DNA of 64,000 bases from contig CAMDUL010000010.1 of assembly GCA_945878135.1 (NCBI GenBank), positions 10,022-74,021 of the forward strand. Reading direction: 5' to 3'. This document shows, piece after piece, positions 57,333 through 64,000 of this stretch; the first letter of the stretch is position 1, and every line of letters begins with the position of its first letter. The stretch is from Chthoniobacter flavus. GTDB taxonomy: Bacteria > Verrucomicrobiota > Verrucomicrobiia > Chthoniobacterales > JACTMZ01. A program made the translations under genes and the position numbers. A model generated the notes under the pieces. That model made no database searches. It saw only the letters and a list, made by a program, of their open reading frames with translations, and was not told the origin of the DNA.

Positions 57333-59620
57333 AAATTTCCCTCGAGTGGCTGAAAGATTACGTCGCTTTGCCGGAGTCGGCCGACGCGCTGTCCGAAGCC
57401 TTGACCCACGGGGGCACCGAGGTGATCGGGCGCGAGGCGCGCGGTCATGTGCCCGACAAAATCGTGGTGGCGCAGATCCTCTCCAGCGAACAGCACCCGA
57501 ATGCCGACCGATTGAGCGTGTGCCAGGTCGATGACGGATCGGGTCAGCCTCGGCAAATCGTCTGCGGTGCCAAAAATTACCGGGTCGGGGACAAAGTCCC
57601 GCTGGCGTTGCCCGGCGCGGTGCTGGGTCCGGATTTCAAGATCAAGGCGGGCAAACTGCGCGGGGTGACGTCCGACGGCATGATGTGCAGCGCCAAGGAA
57701 CTCGCCTTGGCCGAGGATGCCGAAGGACTGCTGATTTTGTCCGCCGATGCCCCCGTGGGCCGACCGGTGAAAGAATTGTTCCCGCCCGACACGGTGCTGG
57801 AGTTGGAAGTCACGCCGAACCGCCCGGACTTGCTCGGCTATCGCGGGGTGGCCCGGGAAGTGGCGACTTTGACCCGAGTGGAAGCCAACCTCGCGCCGCC
57901 TCCGGTCGTCGCGGAGAAGCCGGCGGGCGAGATGGTCAGGCTGGAGGATGCGGGCTGTCCGTTTTACACGGCACGGATCATCCGTGGGGTGAAGGTTGGT
58001 CCGAGCCCGCGGTGGCTGGCCGATCGCCTGACCGCGGTCGGGCTGCGTCCGATCAACAATGTGGTCGACGTGACCAATTACGTGCTGCTCGAAACCGGGC
58101 AACCGCTGCACGCTTTCGATTTGGCCAAACTGGAAGGCGGCATCGTGGTGCGCCATGCGCGCGATGGCGAAAGCCTGTCGGCTCTCGATGGCTCGGAGCT
58201 GAAGTTGCGCCGGCATGATTTGGTCATTGCCGATGGCGGCAAAGCCGTCGCCCTCGCGGGTGTCATGGGCGGTGCCGCGACCGGAGTGGGTGAGGGGACA
58301 ACAGATCTTGTGCTCGAAAGCGCGTGGTTCGAGCCGGCGCGGGTGCGCAAGACTTCGCGCGAACTGGGTATTTCGACCGACTCGAGTTACCGCTTCGAGC
58401 GGCGGGTTGATCCCTCCGGCGTCCTGGCGGCATCGGCGCGGGCCGTGGATTTGATTTTGCAGACCGCAGGCGGTGCAGCCGAGCCGGAGGTGCTCGTGGC
58501 GGGAGAGTTGCCGTCCGCGGGAGCGCAAGTGGCGTTGGACCACGAGCGTTGCCGCGCGCTGCTCGGGTTGGATATCGGGGACGCGGAGATCGACGCGATT
58601 TTGCAAAGACTGGGACTGACAAAATCCGGCGCGCATTGGATGGTGCCGAGTTTCCGTCCGGACCTCACCCGCGAAGTCGACCTGATCGAGGAAGTGATCC
58701 GCGTTGCCGGTATCGAGCGCGTGCCCTCGCGTCTGCGGGGCTTTCCGGCCGAGGCGGGGGTGGCGGACTTGCGTCACGACAACGCGGAGAAACTCCGCGA
58801 GCGCCTGCGGGCGCAAGGTTTCAGCGAGGCGCGGACATCGCATTTTGTTTCACCCGAAGCCTTGCAGCGTGCGGGCACCGATGGCGCGGGCGCGGTCGCC
58901 ATCCGCAATCCGCTGGGCGCCGACCAGGCCTTGCTGCGTCCGGTTCTTCTGTCCGGCTTGCTCGAGGCTCTGGCCCGCAACCTGCGTCACGGGGCCGACA
59001 TCGTTCGCTTGTTCGAGCTTGGTCCGGTATTCCGCCAAGGCGAGGGAGGGCAAAAGACCTCTCTGGCCCTGCTGGCCACGGGAGCGGGGAGCGATCTTTA
59101 CGATGTGAAGGGAGTGCTTGTCGCCGTCCTTGGTCCGGTGGACTTCGTTCCGGCGGATGGCGCGGTGCTGGAAATTTCCGGACGCGGAGTCCAAGGGACG
59201 GTGCGCCGTCTGCCGCGCGCGCTGGCCGAGGCCCACGAGGCGGCTGGTGCGGTGTATTTCGCGGAGGTTCTGCTCGACGCGTGGCTGGAGACTCCGGCCG
59301 GCGCGGTTCGCGTGCTGCCTTTGCCGAAATTTCCGGCGGTAGAGCGCGACTTGTCCATCTTGCTGCCGCGCGCCACGCCGTATGTGGCGATTGAAAAAAC
59401 TTTGCTCGGGGCCAAGGCGCCGCATTTGCATGCCGTCGGGTTGAAAGACGTTTTTGTCGACGCGACGGGCGTGAAATTGGCGGCCGATCAGCGTTCGGTC
59501 ACGGTCACCTTGACATTCCGCGACGAGGGTCGAACATTGACTTCGGAAGAAGTCGATCGCGCGGTGGAAACCCTGCGCGATCACGCGAAGGCGGAGCTGG
59601 GAGCCGTCTTCCGCTCCTAG
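57329..59620 (+). CDS. pheT: Phenylalanyl-tRNA synthetase beta subunit
   Basis: HPNADRL, IVCGAKN, TPNRPDLL, GQPLHAFD, DLIEEV, FPAVERDL. Confidence 0.97.
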   Translation: MKISLEWLKDYVALPESADALSEALTHGGTEVIGREARGHVPDKIVVAQILSSEQHPNADRLSVCQVDDGSGQPRQIVCGAKNYRVGDKVPLALPGAVLGPDFKIKAGKLRGVTSDGMMCSAKELALAEDAEGLLILSADAPVGRPVKELFPPDTVLELEVTPNRPDLLGYRGVAREVATLTRVEANLAPPPVVAEKPAGEMVRLEDAGCPFYTARIIRGVKVGPSPRWLADRLTAVGLRPINNVVDVTNYVLLETGQPLHAFDLAKLEGGIVVRHARDGESLSALDGSELKLRRHDLVIADGGKAVALAGVMGGAATGVGEGTTDLVLESAWFEPARVRKTSRELGISTDSSYRFERRVDPSGVLAASARAVDLILQTAGGAAEPEVLVAGELPSAGAQVALDHERCRALLGLDIGDAEIDAILQRLGLTKSGAHWMVPSFRPDLTREVDLIEEVIRVAGIERVPSRLRGFPAEAGVADLRHDNAEKLRERLRAQGFSEARTSHFVSPEALQRAGTDGAGAVAIRNPLGADQALLRPVLLSGLLEALARNLRHGADIVRLFELGPVFRQGEGGQKTSLALLATGAGSDLYDVKGVLVAVLGPVDFVPADGAVLEISGRGVQGTVRRLPRALAEAHEAAGAVYFAEVLLDAWLETPAGAVRVLPLPKFPAVERDLSILLPRATPYVAIEKTLLGAKAPHLHAVGLKDVFVDATGVKLAADQRSVTVTLTFRDEGRTLTSEEVDRAVETLRDHAKAELGAVFRS

Positions 59621-59644
59621 ATCTTTGGTATCTCCAAAACCACT

Positions 59645-59822
59645 TTGCCCTGGGGAGTGCGAGTAAACGATTCAAACCCCGAACCGTATTACATATTCCC
59701 AGGAGGCTAGGCCGTAGTCGGCAAGGGCATGCCTTTATTGGAAGCTCACGCGGGCTGCGGCGGTCATCCGCCCTTGTACTCAGGGGATCGGGAATTGGGT
59801 CGTGACGGCTCATCCGGGGCAA
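59645..59822 (+). ncRNA. ssrS: Probable 6S RNA
   Basis: About 178 nt after pheT; 5' TTGCCCTGG pairs with 3' CCGGGGCAA; rod-like with an AU-rich internal region; followed by a terminator. Confidence 0.72.
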
Positions 59823-59832
59823 TCCTCTCTCC

Positions 59833-59866
59833 AGGCGCCACCCGCCAGCGGGTGGCGCCTTTTTGT
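59833..59866 (+). terminator. Rho-independent terminator
   Basis: AGGCGCCACCCGC-CA-GCGGGTGGCGCCT followed by TTTTGT. Confidence 0.88.
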
Positions 59867-59946
59867 GCAACGGTGACGCCCCCGGGTCGCCGCCGCATTG
59901 GCGGGTTGCCGGGCGGTCGGGCAGGAGATACAAAGTGTGATCATCG

Positions 59947-61128
59947 ATGACGGCACTTTTGGCACTGGAGGACGGCAGGGTTTTTCGCGGCGAGGCGTTC
60001 GGGGCATCCGGCACGACGACCGGGGAGATTTGCTTCAACACATCGTTGAGCGGCTATCAGGAGGTGCTGACCGATCCTTCGTATTTCGGGCAGATCGTGG
60101 CCATGACCAATCCGCACATCGGCAACTACGGCATCAACGTGCTCGACGAGGAGGCGCGGGGTCCGCAGGTGCGGGGGCTGGTCATCGAAGAGTTGAGCGA
60201 AGCGCCGAGCAATTGGCGGTCCGAGGAATCGCTTCATGACTATTTGCACCGCCACGGAATCCCGGGCATCCAGGAAGTCGACACGCGCGCGTTGACCAAG
60301 CACCTGCGCCAAGCGGGGGCGATGAAGGCCTGCCTGACCACGGAGGCGATGACCCCGGAACAGGCGGTCGATCGTGCCAGGCGGGGAGACGGCGTGGTCG
60401 GGATGGATTTTGTCCGCGAGGTGACACCGAAGCAGGCTTTTGATTGGGATCCGACCGACGCGGAGAGCCGTCCGTGGAAGCTGACCCAAGCCGGCAACCA
60501 GGCCGGAGAATTGCGCGATGCTTTGGGCAATGCTTTCGGGTTCCTTCCGCCGGTGCGCCACCGTGTGGTGGCCTACGACTTCGGTATGAAGCGGAATATC
60601 CTGCGCGGTCTGCGTCAGCGCGGCCTGGCTGTGCGGGTGGTTCCGGCGGACACCTCCGCGGAGGATGTCCTCGCCATGGAGCCGGACGGTATTTTTCTCT
60701 CCAACGGCCCGGGCGATCCCGGGGCGCTCGACTACATCCACAAAAACGTCCGCGTCCTCCTCGGCAAGAAGCCGATTTTCGGCATTTGTCTCGGCCACCA
60801 GATCCTCGGCTATGCGCTGGGCGGGAAGACCTTCAAATTGAAATTCGGCCACCGCGGCGGCAACCAGCCGGTCAAAGACCTCACGACCGGCCGGGTCTCG
60901 ATCACCGCGCAGAACCACGGTTTTGCCGTCGACCCGGAATCCTTGCCCTCCGATGTCGAGGTCACCCACATCAATCTCAACGACGGGACGGTCGAGGGTT
61001 TGCGCAGCAAATCCATGCCGGTTTTCAGCGTCCAATACCATCCCGAGGCCGCACCGGGACCGCATGATGCGGAATACTTTTTCGACCAGTTCGCCAATCT
61101 CATTGATGAGACCGCGGCCAAACGGTAG
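59947..61128 (+). CDS. carA: Carbamoyl-phosphate synthase small subunit
   Basis: [45 protein letters not shown]. Confidence 0.97.
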   Translation: MTALLALEDGRVFRGEAFGASGTTTGEICFNTSLSGYQEVLTDPSYFGQIVAMTNPHIGNYGINVLDEEARGPQVRGLVIEELSEAPSNWRSEESLHDYLHRHGIPGIQEVDTRALTKHLRQAGAMKACLTTEAMTPEQAVDRARRGDGVVGMDFVREVTPKQAFDWDPTDAESRPWKLTQAGNQAGELRDALGNAFGFLPPVRHRVVAYDFGMKRNILRGLRQRGLAVRVVPADTSAEDVLAMEPDGIFLSNGPGDPGALDYIHKNVRVLLGKKPIFGICLGHQILGYALGGKTFKLKFGHRGGNQPVKDLTTGRVSITAQNHGFAVDPESLPSDVEVTHINLNDGTVEGLRSKSMPVFSVQYHPEAAPGPHDAEYFFDQFANLIDETAAKR

Positions 61129-61140
61129 TCTCCGGCCATC

Positions 61141-61662
61141 ATGCGCTTGACCGTCTATTTCCCCGAGGACAGCCCGACGATCCACGAGTTTGTCGGCCAT
61201 AAATTGACCGTAGGACGCTTGGTCGACAATGATGTCACGCTCGACGACGGGTCGGTCTCCGGGCGCCATGCGGAGGTGGATCTGGGCGGCGACGTGGCCG
61301 TCCTGCGCGACCTCGGTTCGACCAACGGCACTTTTCTCAATGGCGAGCAGGTGACCGGAGAGGCCGCTTTGCGCGAGGGCGATGAGATTTATTTCGGAGC
61401 CGTCCGCAGTGTCTTCATGGAGGCGGCTCCGGCTGCGGTTGCCGAATCGGAGGAGGCTCTTGTTGCCGCTGCCCCTGCCATGGCTGCGCCCGTGTTTGCC
61501 GTGTCGGACTCCGGCACCGGGCGTCCGGCCAACTTCCGCTACCTCTCATCCATGCCGCGCGCCGTCGTTCCGCGCGACACGCTGGCTCTGGTCGCATGGT
61601 CTTGCGCCGGCCTCGGTGTGCTCGCCGCAGCTTACGCCCTGTTTGCCATTTTCACGGCCTGA
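61141..61662 (+). CDS. FHA domain protein with C-terminal TM helix
   Basis: VGR...ND, SVSGRHA, DLGSTNGTFLNG. Confidence 0.9.
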   Translation: MRLTVYFPEDSPTIHEFVGHKLTVGRLVDNDVTLDDGSVSGRHAEVDLGGDVAVLRDLGSTNGTFLNGEQVTGEAALREGDEIYFGAVRSVFMEAAPAAVAESEEALVAAAPAMAAPVFAVSDSGTGRPANFRYLSSMPRAVVPRDTLALVAWSCAGLGVLAAAYALFAIFTA

Positions 61663-61732
61663 GTGGCTGCGCGGTCCGGCATAGGTTCGGGAGCGGCACG
61701 CGGATTGCTCCCGCCGTCCGGGCAGATGACTT

Positions 61733-61900
61733 TCAGAAGGCAAAGGTGAGTTGGCTGGGCCGGGGCGCGGTCCGGGGATGCGCGGCGCGGCGGGCCAGGA
61801 GGTTGCGTTTGATCAGCGCGAAGAGGTGGGCGCCCAGCTCGTGGGGCAGGGGTTCTTCTTCGCGCCGGCGGCGGGATACGGATTGGTTTTTGTCTTTCAT
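61733..61900 (-). CDS. 55-aa protein divergent from the WYL regulator, with a C-terminal clamp-binding-like motif
   Basis: MKDKNQ...PRPSQLTFAF*; ATG lies 42 bp from the WYL start. Confidence 0.55.
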   Translation of the reverse strand: MKDKNQSVSRRRREEEPLPHELGAHLFALIKRNLLARRAAHPRTAPRPSQLTFAF

Positions 61901-61915
61901 CGCCTGCGAGTTTGC

Positions 61916-61947
61916 GGCATGGGGTAAGACATTCGCTGTCCCATGCC
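61916..61947. promoter_or_regulatory. Palindromic candidate WYL operator
   Basis: GACA-N5-TGTC (61928-61940) within the GGCATGGG...CCCATGCC inverted repeat between the divergent starts. Confidence 0.45.
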
Positions 61948-62989
61948 CAAAAAAATTCTTCCCCGCCCCCGCTCCGGTGCCTCCGCCGGCGCGACCCGTC
62001 CGCCCATGGAGCGCATGTGGCGCATCCACCAGGAGGTTTCCGGCGGCGGCTACCCGAACTGCCGGGGTTTGGCCGCCACTCTCGAGGTCTCGGCCAAGAC
62101 GGTGATGCGCGACGTGGAGTTCCTGCGCGACCGTCTCGGTTTGCCGCTGGAGTATGACGCGGTGAAGCACGGGTTTCACTACACCGCGCCGGTGCGTGAT
62201 TTTCCGGTCATGAAAGTCTCGCAGGGCGAGGTGGCCGCGCTCTTGCTGGCGCAGAAGTCGCTCGAGCAATTCCGCGGCACGGCCTTCGAGCGTCCGCTGG
62301 CCGCCGCTTTCCGCAAGCTGAGCCATTCGCTCGGCGGGGATATGGAGATCGCCTGGCACGAACTCGAGCAGGCGCTTTCCGTGCGCAGCAGCGGCGCCGG
62401 CCTGGCCGACATGCAGGTCTTCGACGCTTTGGCCAAGGCGGTGATGGACGGCGACGAGGTTGCCTTCGCTTACCACAAACTGTCCGGCGAAAAGCCGGAA
62501 CCGCGCACCGTGCAGCCCTACCACCTCGGCTGTATCGAGAACCAGTGGTATCTCTTCGCCCACGACTGCGCGCGCGGCGCCGTGCGCACCTTCGCCTTGC
62601 CACGGATCCGCGGGGTGGAAAAAACCGGGGGCAAGTTCCGGCGTCCGGCCGGCTTTTCCCTGGCCAAGATCCTCGAGGGCAGTTTTGCCGTCTTCGAGGG
62701 CGGACGCGCGGTCCGTGTCCGCCTGCGTTTCACGGGCGTGGCCGCCCGCCTCGTCGGCGAGCGCGTCTGGCATGCCTCGCAGCAACTGGTCCGCGACAAA
62801 ACGGGGCTCGTGCTGGAGATGAAAGTCGGACTCTCGCCCGATCTGCGCCAGTGGATTCTCGGTTGGGGGGGTGAGGCCGAAGTGCTGGAACCGGCGGACC
62901 TGCGGCGCGAACTGGCCCGGGCGGCGGCCGCCGCGGTGCGGGTGCACGGAGACGGCACGAAACGTGCCCGTGGAAACTGCCGCCCATAG
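61943..62989 (+). CDS. HTH-WYL-WCX transcriptional regulator (YafY/PafBC/DriD-like)
   Basis: LAATLEVSAKTVMRDVEFLR wHTH; RTVQPYHL, NQWYLFA, RTFALPRI; WILGWG.EAEVLEP..LR. Confidence 0.93.
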   Translation: MPKKILPRPRSGASAGATRPPMERMWRIHQEVSGGGYPNCRGLAATLEVSAKTVMRDVEFLRDRLGLPLEYDAVKHGFHYTAPVRDFPVMKVSQGEVAALLLAQKSLEQFRGTAFERPLAAAFRKLSHSLGGDMEIAWHELEQALSVRSSGAGLADMQVFDALAKAVMDGDEVAFAYHKLSGEKPEPRTVQPYHLGCIENQWYLFAHDCARGAVRTFALPRIRGVEKTGGKFRRPAGFSLAKILEGSFAVFEGGRAVRVRLRFTGVAARLVGERVWHASQQLVRDKTGLVLEMKVGLSPDLRQWILGWGGEAEVLEPADLRRELARAAAAAVRVHGDGTKRARGNCRP

Positions 62990-63145
62990 CCGGTCTCCGC
63001 CGTGGGTGTCGGGCCTCGGGTGGAGCTTGGCGCGGCGGGGGTGCAGCTTTAGTTTTGCGGCGTGTCCACACTGCCCGAGCCGGAAGCCGCCGCCTTCACT
63101 TGTCCTTTCAGCGGCAAGGTGTGGGCTGCCGATGGCAGTGCCTTG

Positions 63146-64000
63146 ATGCCTGCGCCGGGGAGCGAGCAGATCGACCGCGCGGCGGCGGCTGTGGAATTCC
63201 TACGGCAATTCGCGCAGGAAACGGGCTGTGATGTTCCTCCGTCGCGGATCGAGGCGGTCCGCAGCGAGATAGCCGCCCGCGGTTGGTATCGGCAGACTTT
63301 CGAAGAACTCGAGTATGCCTGCCGTCTGGCTTGGCGGAACAACCGCCGGTGCATCGGACGCCGTTTTTGGCCGACGCTCGAGCTGGCCGATGCGCGCGAG
63401 GCCGTCACGGCGGGCGAAATTTTCGACGCTTGCGTGGAGCATCTGCGCCGCTCGACCAACGGGGGCAAGATCAAGCCGCTGATCACGGTCTTCGCCCCGG
63501 CCGATGGCGAGGGCGTCGGGCCGATCATCCACAACTATCAACTCATCCGCTACGCAGGCTATCAGGAGGCGGACGGTCAGGTTTTGGGGGATCCGGCGGA
63601 GGTGGCCTTCACCGAGCGAGTCATGGGGGCCGGATGGCGTCCGCCGGCGAAGCGCGGTGCCTTCGACCTTTTGCCCCTGCTGATCGAAGCGCCGGGCGAG
63701 GGGGAGAAACTTTTCGAGTTGCCCGGCGATGCCGTCCTCGAGGTGCCGATCTCGCATCCGGGCTTTGCGTGGTTCGCGGACCTGGGATTGAAATGGCACG
63801 CACTGCCGGCGGTGTCGAACATGGCGCTCGAGACCGGCGGAGTGAACTATCCGGCGGCACCTTTCAGCGGCTACTACATGGAGACGGAAATCGCCGCGCG
63901 CAACTTCGGCGACACTTCGCGCTACAATCTCCTGCCGGTCGTGGCCGACCGGATGGATCGCTCGATGCGGGCCAAGGATCCGTTCTGGCGCGACCGTGCG
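63146..64000 (+). CDS. nos: Nitric oxide synthase oxygenase (partial, runs off the 3' end)
   Basis: Manual translation: AWRNNRRCIGR (heme thiolate Cys), STNGGKIKP.ITVF, NYQLIRYAGY, GDPA, FDLLPL, LGLKWHALPAVSNM, APFSGYYMETEIAARNFGD..RYNLL. Confidence 0.93.
   Translation, partial: MPAPGSEQIDRAAAAVEFLRQFAQETGCDVPPSRIEAVRSEIAARGWYRQTFEELEYACRLAWRNNRRCIGRRFWPTLELADAREAVTAGEIFDACVEHLRRSTNGGKIKPLITVFAPADGEGVGPIIHNYQLIRYAGYQEADGQVLGDPAEVAFTERVMGAGWRPPAKRGAFDLLPLLIEAPGEGEKLFELPGDAVLEVPISHPGFAWFADLGLKWHALPAVSNMALETGGVNYPAAPFSGYYMETEIAARNFGDTSRYNLLPVVADRMDRSMRAKDPFWRDRA

Noticed and set aside
61733-62947. 404-aa minus-strand ORF overlapping the WYL gene
   Set aside because: Antisense shadow; only the last 55 codons from ATG 61900 lie outside the WYL gene and are plausible

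Overview
High-GC chromosomal window, probably from a Verrucomicrobiota genome (inferred from the PEP-CTERM protein, the GTAG-type REP repeats and gene style). Left part (1-37 kb) is accessory. It holds a GH18 chitinase C-terminus and a c-di-GMP signalling block converging on a six-gene, overlapping exopolysaccharide-type operon (epimerase, YaiO-like barrel, HEAT protein, processive GT2, nucleotide-sugar dehydrogenase, GH16-like). It also has a LapG-like protease, a coupled AEP primase-polymerase-like / endonuclease IV-like pair, a CzcCBA-type efflux system with a His-rich leader ORF, Hsp20, an extra sigma-70, a DGC/HK/NarL module, a DEAD-box helicase, and a Fic gene with restriction-modification remnants. 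Right part is mostly housekeeping: GT4/GH130, ABC permease/ATPase, mazG, HDAC-like, fumC, tRNA-Leu(GAG), fused XdhAB, rpmI-rplT-pheST, probable 6S RNA and carA. It ends in a WYL regulator with a divergent 55-aa ORF carrying a clamp-binding-like tail, and a nitric oxide synthase oxygenase that runs off the window and is missing from the ORF track. Best novelty candidates are the AEP + EndoIV-like pair, the NOS/WYL locus and the YaiO-HEAT-GT2 glycan system. All calls come from motif reading by eye, no database searches were run, and many start codons were re-picked by eye.
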